A stretch of 64,000 bases of DNA from Schmidtea polychroa (taxonomy: Eukaryota), in the NCBI GenBank assembly GCA_044892525.1, contig CM097886.1, positions 59,520,001-59,584,000 on the forward strand, written 5' to 3'. This document shows positions 32,975-44,136 of this stretch, one piece after another. The notes beneath the pieces were generated by a model that was not told where the DNA came from, did not search any database, and saw nothing but the letters and a program-made list of their open reading frames with translations. Positions within the stretch are counted from its first letter, which is position 1. The number at the start of each line of letters is the position of its first letter. The translations under genes were made by a program, and so were the position numbers.

Positions 32975-33135
32975 TTGTTTCATTCCGATATTTCGTGTCA
33001 ACGGCTAATTTTAGCGAATTCACAGACAGGTCATCCACAGGTGAAGAATAAAAAATACGATATATTAGCCAATAAAGTTGCTGCAGTTGTACAGAACTAT
33101 GCTGAAGAGGACGAAAAACTAAAGTATATGCCGAA
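32975..33135 (+). mobile_element. Possible MULE-type transposase C-terminal remnant
   Basis: GHPQVKNKKYDILANKVAAVVQNYAEEDEKLKYM resembles, from memory only, the C-termini of MULE-derived proteins. Confidence 0.35.
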
Positions 33136-33168
33136 TGGCCAATTTACAATAATTGTTTTCTTTTATTG

Positions 33169-33625
33169 TATATGTTACAGTGAATTTGTATTACCAGTGA
33201 GAATGTATTTTCACTAACGTTTCAGTGAATTCATATCCGAATACGTTTTCACCAGTGGAAACCTTGAGAGAATGAAAATGTATAGTATTAGACGAAGACA
33301 GATCGTCGGAAATCCGTGGACGAAAGCAGCAAGGTCATTGTTATTCAAAATAGAGAGGTTAGCGTCGATGATGGAGAAGTTTAGTCGTGATGAGAAGCGA
33401 ATTCAAGTCTGGACGCGCGAGGGAGGCGACGAAGCGAATAAAATTGACAGTTGGTAGGGCGACACATCGACACTTACGGCCAAATATTTCCACGCAGCTT
33501 GTCAATGAATACAAACTCACTAAATGTAACCAGTGAATTTGTATCTTCATTGTTAGATATACATTCACTGACCGGCGTAGCGAAAATATATTCTCACTGG
33601 TAATATAAATTCACTGTAACATATA
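33169..33625. mobile_element. 457-bp non-autonomous element (MITE) with 47-bp TIRs
   Basis: 33169-33215 is the reverse complement of 33579-33625 with 3 mismatches; internal CAGTGAATT repeats; TA-rich flanks. Confidence 0.8.
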
Positions 33626-34021
33626 TATTGTGTAAATATTTTTGTAGAATAATAATGCCATAGTATATATCAGGAGAGTCACAACAGATCTCAATGGGAG
33701 CCACACCGCTCATCAAAGAGTCGCACTTATCCAACCCTGGTATATATTAATAAATATTTTTTTAACTGAATTTCTGTCTGGTTCTGATTCGTCATAGTTT
33801 TGTTTTATACCTGTTCTGTTTGTCACTGTTCTGATTTTTCGTGTTTTTTCATGTTCTGTTTGATCCGGTTACCATTTCAAACAGGTATTATTTACAGTTA
33901 TCCTACAGTGTATAATTTTAAAAGAAATGAACTTCAAAGAAATCGATTGAATTAATTTCGACAGAAAAAAAGCTAATTGAAAATAAATTTATTTCAACAA
34001 ACTAATAGTCACAATATATCA

Positions 34022-37000
34022 TTATAAAAATAAGTCATTCTTGTTGCGAATAACATTTCGACAAATGTGACAAGTCTTCAGTCGAATTGAGCAATTCCGG
34101 CATGAGGTATGTCCGCAATCGAAGGAAATGTTGACAATATTGTCCAGGCAAACACTGCAAAGCTGAAATAATGGAATGATATAATTTGACATTAATTTAA
34201 TAAAGAAAAAACTATTAAAAACACATTTTTGTTTTCTTCGCTTTTAGATTTTCTTTCCAATTCCATTTTGTACAATTTTGACAGTTTTGACTTCAAATCT
34301 TGATGTCGACAATTCTCAATTGATTTCGTTAGTGACAAATTTTCCTGGCTCGATAACAAACTTTTAGATATGATCAGTTTCGATAATCTTTCAATCTAAA
34401 TGAGTAAGGCAATTTTATAAACTTTTATCTTTTGGAACTTGTGAAAAAATACAATTTAAATAAACCAGTTCCAGTGTTTATTAATTGAATATTTTCTATC
34501 TAAATTATCTACTTTTAACTCCAATCCGAAATTTAACCTATCTTTGCAATTTTATCTTTCTTTTACCCTCTATTCTCATGTTTTCTTTATAGGCATTGTA
34601 ATGTATTATTATATTTTATTTTTTTTATTTGTCCTAATTCAATGTGAGTTACAATTTTGCTCGTTGCACGTGGAGAAGAATTTTTTCTTTTTTTAAAAAA
34701 AAACTATATAACGAATGTTAGAAGCTATAACATTTAATTCTTCTGTCATCAAAATAAATTACTAAGACTATTAAATCCAAAATTATATTTCATTAAATCT
34801 GATTAAATAAACAAATATTCTTGGGACATTTTCTAAATTTTAATTTCAACCAAATATCAACATACCATCGCATTCATACTTGAATTTCAATTTTATTAAA
34901 AATTATTTTATTTTAAAATTTCAATTATCATTTCAATTTTAATATCTTAAAATAATTTAAGTTTCAATTAAAATTTTACAAATTTTAATCATGAACTAAT
35001 TTAATTTAGTATTTTAATTTTAACTCCTCACATCCCCCTTTTTTAAAATGTTTGATCTTCTCAACATTTCTGACTACCATCTTCCCATTTTGATCTTTAA
35101 GTAAGTAGCTCCGTTCATGTATTTTCTTTATCACTTTGTACGGCCCTTCCCACCTTGCATCGTCTTTATTTCGAATTTCTTGTTTGATCAAAACCACATC
35201 TTCCATTTCAAAATCTCTCACTGTTTTGCTTATTTTTGGTTTTAGTGTTTTATCCTCTATTCTCTTTTCCATATCTTCTCTATTTATTTCTTTATTCGAG
35301 TACCATTTCATTCTGTCGATTTTCCTCCCAAATATAATCTCTGCTGGGCTTACTCCCGTTGTTTTTTGAACTGTTGCATTTAAAGTATATTCTATTTCTG
35401 GCACTATATCAGCCCAGTTTTTCCTTCCTCCTTCATTCAATGACGCGTTAATATACTCTCTGATTGTTCTGAATTGTCTTTCGTGTTATGGTGATATGGG
35501 CTTGAGAAAATTAATTCAATGCCAGCTGCCTTTGCTAGTTCTTTTATACTTCTTGCTTCAAAGTTCTTCCCACAATCTACATGAAGTTCTTTTGGAGCTC
35601 CAAACTTTAATATCCATTTATTTAATAACGTCTCACTAATTGTTTTTTCGTCTTGCTTGTTTATGGCCGTTAATGAGATGTATTTACTATAGTGGTCAAT
35701 GATTCCGCAAATATATTTCTTTTTGTTGAACGTTTCTTTCAATGGCCCACATATATCCATATATATCTTCTCGAATGGTTCTGTACTCTTTATTGTTTGA
35801 GTTTCCTCCTTTGTCTTGGTTGTTATCGTTTTCATTTTCTGACATCTTTCGCAGTTCTCAATTACCTTTTTTACTTCCGTTGCTAAATTTTCCATGTCGC
35901 AGTTATTCTGGATATATTTCGTTACTTTCTGTGCACCTGCATGGCAAAGTAATACGTGTACTTCTTTTATCATCCTCTGTCTATTATCTGACGGTATCCA
36001 TATTTTACCTTGCTTAGTTAGTACCGTGTTGTTTTCCATTATGAACTTACAATCTTTATTTTCTAACTTATTCTTTATTTCTTGGACCTCCATATTGTCA
36101 TTTTGCCACTTGTTATATCCGCCTTCTGCTGTTACTGTTAATATTCTGGTTTTAATTTTGCCGGTTTTTGGGTCTTCGTGTTCCATCATACACTGTACAC
36201 ATGTTCCGCATGTTTTCCTGGATAGCATATCCGCGTTTGTATGGCTTGTTCCTTTCCTGTATTCCATTTTAATATCCAGGCTGCTTAAATAGTTGATCCA
36301 TGTCTGGAATTGAGCAGTTATTGGTTTCTTCGTTGTTACCATAAACGTAATAGCTTTATGGTCCGTTCTCAGTACGAATCTCTTACCATATAAGTAATGG
36401 TTGAAATGTTTACAAAAATAGTATATTGCCAATAATTCTTTTCTGGTAATGCAGTATCCTTTTTCGTGGCTGCTCATCGCATGTGAACCATATGCAATGA
36501 CATGTTCATGTCCTTTTTCATCCTTTTGCGAAAGAACTGCTCCAATAGTATCGAAGCTCGCGTCTGTGTCTAATATAAATTCTTTTCTGAAATCTGGAAA
36601 TACCAATACTGGGGCGGTTATCAATGCTTCTTTCATTTCCCCGAAAGCCTTTTCACACATCTCTGTCCATCTTATTTTCTCATTGTTTTTTCCGCATATG
36701 CTTTCTAGTGCTCTTGCCTTCTTTGCATAGTCTTTTATGAACCGTCGATAATAGTTACAGATACCCAGAAAGCTCCTCAGATTCTTTACACATTTTGGCT
36801 TTTGAAATGATTGTATTGCTTCTATCTTAGTATTATCTGTTTGTATGCCGTCTTTATTTATTATGTGTCCCAGAAACTTCACTTCTTTTCTAAATATTTG
36901 ACATTTTTCGGGGTTCAATCTTAGTCCTGCTGTTGCGATCTTCCCTAGGACTTTTTCAAATATGTTATAATGGTCTTCTTCTGTCTTTGTGAATATTAGG

Positions 37001-40000
37001 ATGTCGTCTAAATATACCATCACTCCATCTTTCCACAAATCTTTCAATACTTTCGTCATTAATTCTTGAAATGTTCCTGGTGCCGCTGCAATACCGAACG
37101 GCATCCTGTTAAAACAGAACTGTCCTTCTTTTGTTGAGAATGCTGTTTTCTCTTGAGATTCTTTATCTAACTTCACTTGGTAATAAGCATTTCCCAAGTC
37201 GATTGAGCTAAAATATCTGGATCTGTGTAGGATGTCTAAAATTTCATCTACATTTGGCATTGGAAATGCTTGTCTTTCTGTTATCTTGTTTAATTGTCTG
37301 AAGTCTAGACAAAGCCTGATGTCTTTTTTCTCTTTCTTCCATACACAAACTAAAGGTGTGTTCCGCGGTGAATTACACTTCCTAATTATTCCGTTGTTTT
37401 CTAGATTTTTTATTTCTTCCTCAATCTTGTCTTCCAAATTTATTGGCTGACGTCTCGGTTTAATCATTATTGGCTCTCCTTTCGTGATGATCTTATGTTT
37501 TATCAGATTGGTACACCCAATGTCCCATTTATCTGCCATAAAAACATTCTTGTTTGCCTGAAATATTTCTAACAGTCTCTTATTTCCGGTAACCTTTAAA
37601 ACGTCGATGGCATGACGTAATCTTTCTTCATCTGTTATAATCCGCCAAATTTCGCAAATGAAATCACTACGTTTTTCATGTTCTTCTATTATACATTTCA
37701 ATTCTATACCAAATAACCTTTGTAGTTCTACTCCTCCAATAATTTCTGGTATTAAATTCTTTACTATAATGAATGTTACATTTCTTTCAATACTGCCCAT
37801 TTTAACATTGATGCTTATTTTACCCATAGTTTCTAATCTACTGTTGTTTGCACATCTTAGCGATTCCCTTGTTTCTAATATTTCGATATTTTCTAATCGA
37901 TCAATTACAGATTTAGCCATCACATTAATTCGCGCTCCTGTATCCAATAAACAATCTACTTTCCGCCCTTGGATATCCAGTGTTGTACTCGGTCTACCTT
38001 GCATTATATTATATGTTATTACTGGACTTTTTTGTTCTTCTACTGACAAAATATTCTGCTCTCTAGTATCTTCTACAATTTCATTAATACACACGTCTCC
38101 ATTTTTCTTGAGGAATTTGTAAATTTTCTCTATAGTTCTTTCCTCGTGTTTTACTAATTCATTTACTTTACACTCCTCTTTAAATTTTTTCTGAATTTCC
38201 TTATCATTCGACTTTTTGATTTCTACACTACTATTATTATTAATATCACGTTCAAAAACACTACAATCTTTATCAATCATACAATCATCATACATACTTA
38301 AATTACACATACCGTTAGCATTCATTCTTTGGTTGAAATCAATATTACTTAGTAAATTGCTCCGATCAATGTCCCGTTTGACGGAGCGTGCTCGTTTGGG
38401 TCATTCTCCCTGTTATACTCGTCTGGCTGGCTTGACTGTTTTGTATTCATCATCTCATCATCAGACTCGATAGCTGCAATATCTTTTCTGTTATATTGTT
38501 GGTTTCCCCATTGTCTTTGATGTACGTTCCTTGATTGATACATATCTTCCCTTTGTTGATAGGTATTTCTTTGAATTCTTCCTCCTGACATCTTCCTTTG
38601 GTCTCGATCTCTTCCTTGATTTCGTCTTTCCATATTTGTGTAGCACTCTCTTTCTTTGTGTCCTCGTGCATTGCATCTATGACATTTGATTGTTGGGCAT
38701 TCTCTTCGTATGTGACCTTCAACACCACATGCATAACATTGAAATCTTCTTTTTATATTACATTCTCTGCTACTGTGTCCCGGTTTTTGACACGTCCAGC
38801 ATTCTATCACTTTAATTCTTGTCTCTGGTTTCCATTCGTTGATTTTTCTCTTCGTGGCTCCAACTTGTACTACATCTCTATAAGTTCTTCCCCCAGTTGT
38901 AGGTCGTATTGATCTCACCGTGTTTACTTGTTCAATAACCTTGTTTTTTTCTATCTTCTTTATAGTTTCTTTAATTTGTTCCGCCGTTTTGAGATCTTTC
39001 ATTTCGATTTCTTTCCTGACTTCTTTATCTTTTACACAATGTGTCAATAAACATTTCTGAATTTCTTCCTCATTCCAAGTGTGTGAGGCCAATTTTTTAG
39101 TCATTTTTGATATTTTCTCTATAAATATTTCCGCTGATTCGTTACCTTGCTCGTAGTTCAAGGCTTCTCTTAAGTCATCAATCAATGACGTTGGTCGATG
39201 AAAAGCTGCTCTTAATTTCTGTTCAACGGTTTTACCTTCTGCGGTTTCATATTCTTCAATCAAAGTCCTGTCCAGAAGTGTAATAACTAGTACCATTTGG
39301 GTCTTCACTGGTGTCTTCGTTATTTCAAAGAACCTCTGACATTCTTTGATAAATAATTCGAGGTCATCTCCTCTGTGGAATTTTTCTGGAAGTAATCTTC
39401 CAATAAGCAGATCCGTTGGAATGGTCGCCATGTTAGAAGCTATAACATTTAATTCTTCTGTCATCAAAATAAATTACTAAGACTATTAAATCCAAAATTA
39501 TATTTCATTAAATCTGATTATATAAACAAATATTCTTGGGACATTTTCTAAATTTTAATTTCAACCAAATATCAACATACCATCGCATTCATACTTGAAT
39601 TTCAATTTTATTAAAAATTATTTTATTTTAAAATTTCAATTATCATTTCAATTTTAATATCTTAAAATAATTTAAGTTTCAATTAAAATTTTACAAATTT
39701 TAATCATGAACTAATTTAATTTAGTATTTTAATTTTAACTCCTCACAACGATAATTTACCATAGTAAATTATCGCTATAGAAAATTGAAGAAAATAAAAA
39801 AAATCAATTGAAAATTCAAAACTAAAGGAAATTGAAAAGATTATTTAAAGATATACCTGAAAAGAACATTTTTATTAACAATTATATATTCCTGAAAAGA
39901 TCCTTTGAATTAAAAGGAAGACGATCAAACATCCTAGAAAGATTATTGATATATATTTGTATCCAAGGAAAACTAGAATATCATTGAAGACATTATTTGT

Positions 40001-43000
40001 ATCCAAAGGAAAACAAGGTTGATTAATTAATTTTATTTCAATAAAAGTTGAGGTTAATGTTTCTGTTTATTTACCTTATATAATATATTTGTTAACTGTC
40101 AGTATATACAATATATATATAACATACACGCACGCCAACTGTCCCAAACAATTATTTTTGCGGAGACTCTGTTGGCCTCTACAATTCTCCTCTAGACAAT
40201 ATAACCATATCACCTTTTTACTGAATAAGTCACTTAACAGGCATAACAAAATATAAATATAAATTATAAGAACTTTTTTTCAAATTTCACCACTGATTAT
40301 TTTTTCCATTGAATTTATTAAAAATAGAATTTGAAGACTATAAATCAGTAATATATTGATGTTTTCTTAAACAATAAGACATGTAATATAATCAGAGCTT
40401 ACATTCGCAATATGGAGTTGCCAGTTCATATTCGCGCAATTTTTACAACTGCTGCACCTTTTAAAATCACAGCTTCGTAAGTCTCAAAAATCTCTAACAT
40501 CGAGATTGTATATGCCAATCCTCCACCAAATGTTTCTGCTTCTCAAAAAACATTGTATACCAAATCACTTGCACAAGATGTGACGCATCGTAAATAGGCG
40601 AAACACTTAGAACGTTCCAAAAAAGACCCAACAAACACATCAAAAACAAAACCAGCAATTATCACGACAACTGGAAAAAAGTGCACAAATCAGCACCACT
40701 CTTACACGAAACAAAATGCAAAATATTACAAGATGCGTTCAAAAATACATTACAAAGATTAGCCGCAGAAACTCTGTTTATCAAAAAACTTAAACCCTCC
40801 ATCAACATTCAACTAAATTTAAAAAAATCCCTGGAGCGTTTATTTGAATTTGAATTAAATATTAAAAATATATAAAATTTAAAAAAAGCCGTTTTTTAAA
40901 AAATAAATTTGTTTTTCCACAGCAATAAGGGGTAAATGCAATAATGATCAAATTCACTTGAAAAGGCAGTGCCGAAAATTCGAGAGTATCAAAAATATTG
41001 ATATATTACTGATTTATAGTCTTCAAGCTCTCATTTTAATAAATATAAATATTTTAAAACAATATTTCGACACCAGGCATTAAATATATTCTATATAAAC
41101 GATTATATTTATAGTATTATAAGAACTTTTTTCGATTTTTACCGCTGATTTCTTTTCAATTGACACTGTAATGATTCATAGTAAATTTGACAAAGGCTAT
41201 TTTTTCATTTGTTATAAATATATTTTTCGCAGCAAAAGGCTTAAATTATCATTTAATTGTATAATATTNNNNNNNNNNNNNNNNNNNNNNNNNNNNNNNN
41301 NNNNNNNNNNNNNNNNNNNNNNNNNNNNNNNNNNNNNNNNNNNNNNNNNNNNNNNNNNNNNNNNNNNNNNNNNNNNNNNNNNNNNNNNNNNNNNNNNNNN
41401 NNNNNNNNNNNNNNNNNNNNNNNNNNNNNNNNNNNNNNNNNNNNNNNNNNNNNNTTAATAACAAAATATAATATATCAAAATCATCAATTGCAAACCTCT
41501 TCAGATATGCTGATGCTGTTGATCAATATGGAAAATGCCGTGTTTCCCTGAATGTCTTCCTTATTGATATCATCAGCAATATACAACATATTCTCTAATA
41601 AACCATAAAACTCGTTCCTTGCTGCAATGTGCAAACCGGTTTCTTTGGCCGAGTTCATTTGGTTAACTAACACACATGCTAAATTCGATTCTATTAGTAA
41701 TGAACAAAAGTCTTGTTTATGCATTTTCAAGAGAGACGTGAGAAGAGTTTCCCCATTTTCGAGCAACGTCAATTCGCATTTCTCCTCTTCACAGAGCAAC
41801 GTAAATATTTCCTTGTTATTATTCAAAGCACATTGATACAAAAGGCAAGCGGTGCATTTAAATTTCATATCGGGATCTGATAGAAACCACAACGAATTAA
41901 AAGACTCTGTCGTTCGATTTTTCAAGAAAAAAATCAACATTTCCCTATCTATAAACTCGTTTGCTTTCAAACAATTCGGCAGAACGATTTCTAGAATATC
42001 GATCCAATTGTTATCCATGATTATCTTCAAATCCTTCCTCGACAATTCGATATTTTGTCGATCGTGTGCAATTAAATGGATGAAACTAAGATTTATATGA
42101 TGTCACCTGTGATTGGTTAAATAAATATTTTACTCAACATTTCTAAACTCAAGGCAATCTTGGAAAATCGAACGCCCATCATTATTTGTAATGTTGATAT
42201 CGGTCTGATGATCGAGTAGCAACTTGGTAATGGAACAAATGTCGTTTTCCATCTAAATTTCATCGTTAGAAACGAGACAATGAAAATTATTTCACACCTG
42301 AGGCATGCGGTACCAATTAAATAGCACCATTTCATGTAATGGAGTATTACCGTTACAGTTAATGATATTTAGGTCGGCATTTAGTTCTATCAATGTACTG
42401 CAAAGTTTGTGCGAGAGAAATTTGGCTGCCAAGTGAAGCAAAGTATTTCCCTCCTGGGATCAAATAAATGATTACACTAATAAATAGCTAGATTTAACTT
42501 CATCCATTTCATTTATATCAGATACATTCTGTATCATATCGATACAGTATTTACTCATTCCGTTCTTGATAGCACTGTGAAAACTGTTCTTTTCTNNNNN
42601 NNNNNNNNNNNNNNNNNNNNNNNNNNNNNNNNNNNNNNNNNNNNNNNNNNNNNNNNNNNNNNNNNNNNNNNNNNNNNNNNNNNNNNNNNNNNNNNNNNNN
42701 NNNNNNNNNNNNNNNNNNNNNNNNNNNNNNNNNNNNNNNNNNNNNNNNNNNNNNNATTTTCTTAATAAAATCTTGAAGCATTCGATTCTTCCAGTGACTG
42801 CAGCTAAATTCAATGGTGAACCAACTGCCTAATGATGTGAATATATTGAAAACAAGGAAAAAGGCAAATAGGTACGTACTGATATCGCATCTGTCACAGA
42901 GTCTTGATTAGTTTTCATTAAGTGTTTAACCATTTCTAAGTCGTTATCATTAACAGCTATATGCATTCGAGTCCAAATAGCCTATTTATAGTAATATATT

Positions 43001-43124
43001 ACGAAATATAATCTTAACGAACCTCATATCTGGTTTCTAAATACTTTTCTCTTTCAACAATTAGTTTATATATTTCATAATTTAAGTTGTCTTGGGCCAT
43101 TTTTTTAACTTTATTCCACAACAC
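34022..43124 (-). CDS. Ankyrin-repeat protein, probably ending in coiled coil + C3HC4 RING (Mind bomb-like C-terminus). Exons: 43124-43023, 42981-42880, 42828-42499 (gap inside), 42453-42298, 42252-42134, 42085-41497, ..., 34395-34225, 34162-34022
   Basis: Ankyrin motifs WTRMHIAV, GSPLNLAAVTG, GNTLLHLAAK, GNTPLHEMV, KETGLHIAARN joined by 41-51 bp GT-AG introns in frame. The terminal exon reads LCSVCLDNIVNISFDCGHTSCRNCSIRLKTCHICRNVIRNKNDLFL*. Linkage of the ankyrin and RING parts across the gap and gypsy insertion is inferred. Confidence 0.7.
35006..38394 (-). pseudogene. Pol (protease-RT-RNase H-integrase) with a frameshifting deletion near 35485 in the integrase core
   Basis: LLDTGA, RMPFG, YLDD, LDTDAS, HHCC zinc finger, D...D. 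After HHNT the frame shifts and ERQFRTIREYINASLNEGG continues in the 35006-35440 frame. Confidence 0.9.
38349..39467 (-). CDS. Gag with three CCHC knuckles
   Basis: CWTCQKPGHSSREC, CYACGVEGHIRREC, CHRCNARGHKEREC. Confidence 0.9.
   Translation of the reverse strand: MMTEELNVIASNMATIPTDLLIGRLLPEKFHRGDDLELFIKECQRFFEITKTPVKTQMVLVITLLDRTLIEEYETAEGKTVEQKLRAAFHRPTSLIDDLREALNYEQGNESAEIFIEKISKMTKKLASHTWNEEEIQKCLLTHCVKDKEVRKEIEMKDLKTAEQIKETIKKIEKNKVIEQVNTVRSIRPTTGGRTYRDVVQVGATKRKINEWKPETRIKVIECWTCQKPGHSSRECNIKRRFQCYACGVEGHIRRECPTIKCHRCNARGHKERECYTNMERRNQGRDRDQRKMSGGRIQRNTYQQREDMYQSRNVHQRQWGNQQYNRKDIAAIESDDEMMNTKQSSQPDEYNRENDPNEHAPSNGTLIGAIY
40258..41268 (+). mobile_element. Penelope-like remnant of another subfamily: inverted terminal repeat, GIY-YIG fragment, hammerhead-bearing 3' repeat
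   Basis: 40552-40625 translates IVYQITCTRCDAS*IGETLRTFQKR and the ORF has RLAAETLFIKKLKPSINIQ. 40258-40372 is an inverted copy of the family B repeat, which recurs in sense from 40951. Confidence 0.8.
40951..40988 (+). ncRNA. Hammerhead ribozyme family B (U3-A8 core)
   Basis: ATTCAC-TTGAAAA (40958-40964)-GGC-agt-GCC-GAAA (40974-40977)-AT-TC (40981)-GAGAGT; stem I pairs at 5 of 6 positions. Confidence 0.75.
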
Positions 43125-44054
43125 CTGGAATTTATAAAAATAAATATCAATATGAAAAACACAAGTAATATATTTGTGTCAATATAAATCTGAGCTCATA
43201 GCCAACTACTGTAAGAAAGAGGAAATTTCAATGTTTATAATGCACTGCAAAGATTGTTTCAGTCACATTTAACAATCACATTAGAGCGTATCACTTCCCC
43301 AAATATAGACGGTAAATGGATGGTGCAGATAAAGCTCTATAGAGGCTGGAACCCGAAATATTTGATAATAAATGTAAGGATGTTGAGGATAGATATGACG
43401 ATTTTATGGTCTTGTATCTAGTATCGTTAACGAGGTATTGGAGAATGAAGATATTGAAGATTTCACAAGTAGAAAGATTCAATAATCAAAGAACTCATTC
43501 TTCATAAACTAGAACCAATAGCTTTCATATCTTTACACTGAATAATCAATATGGATATCAATTTTCAATAAATGTCAACATTAAACAAACCAAAGCAATA
43601 TGAGACAAGAATTGATGACTTTTTAATTATTTTACCTGTATAAATTTCTAAATTTGAAAAAATGTTTATCCCTTCGTATAAAATCAACTTTTAGGACTTT
43701 CAATGGATTAATTTAAAATTAAATTCTCTAAAACAGCTTTATAAAGAGAAATTTTCAAAATTCCTATCTCATACTTTTTATCAAAAATCATTAATTTTTT
43801 GTTTTAAAGTCTATTTTAATTAATTCTTCTGATTATTTAATTTTTATTTTATTTTATCATTGCTGTTTAATTTTTAAAATTGTCGACATTATATTGTATG
43901 AAGAACTCCAAAATTCCATATTTTTGACAAAAGGGTGGGAGTTACTGAGATGAAACTAAATAGAGCCAGAACATCAATTTGTGAGATGCATTGGAAATTG
44001 TTTTCAACAAACAGAGAATGCGCAAACTAGTGCTTGTCCAGGTTAAGCAGTTAA

Positions 44055-44057
<3 letters not shown>

Positions 44058-44136
<79 letters not shown>
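44058..44136. repeat. (TAA)n microsatellite, ~26 units
   Basis: Directly visible. Confidence 0.97.

Larger units (their letters stand above)
34716..39747 (-). mobile_element. Full-length 5.0-kb Ty3/gypsy LTR retrotransposon, recent insertion
   Basis: 317-bp TG...CA LTRs at 34716-35032 and 39431-39747 with one difference seen by eye. PBS TGGCGACCA directly after the 5' LTR; PPT AAAAAAGGGGGA before the 3' LTR; flanks ACGAA/ACGAT (5-bp TSD, 4/5). Confidence 0.96.
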
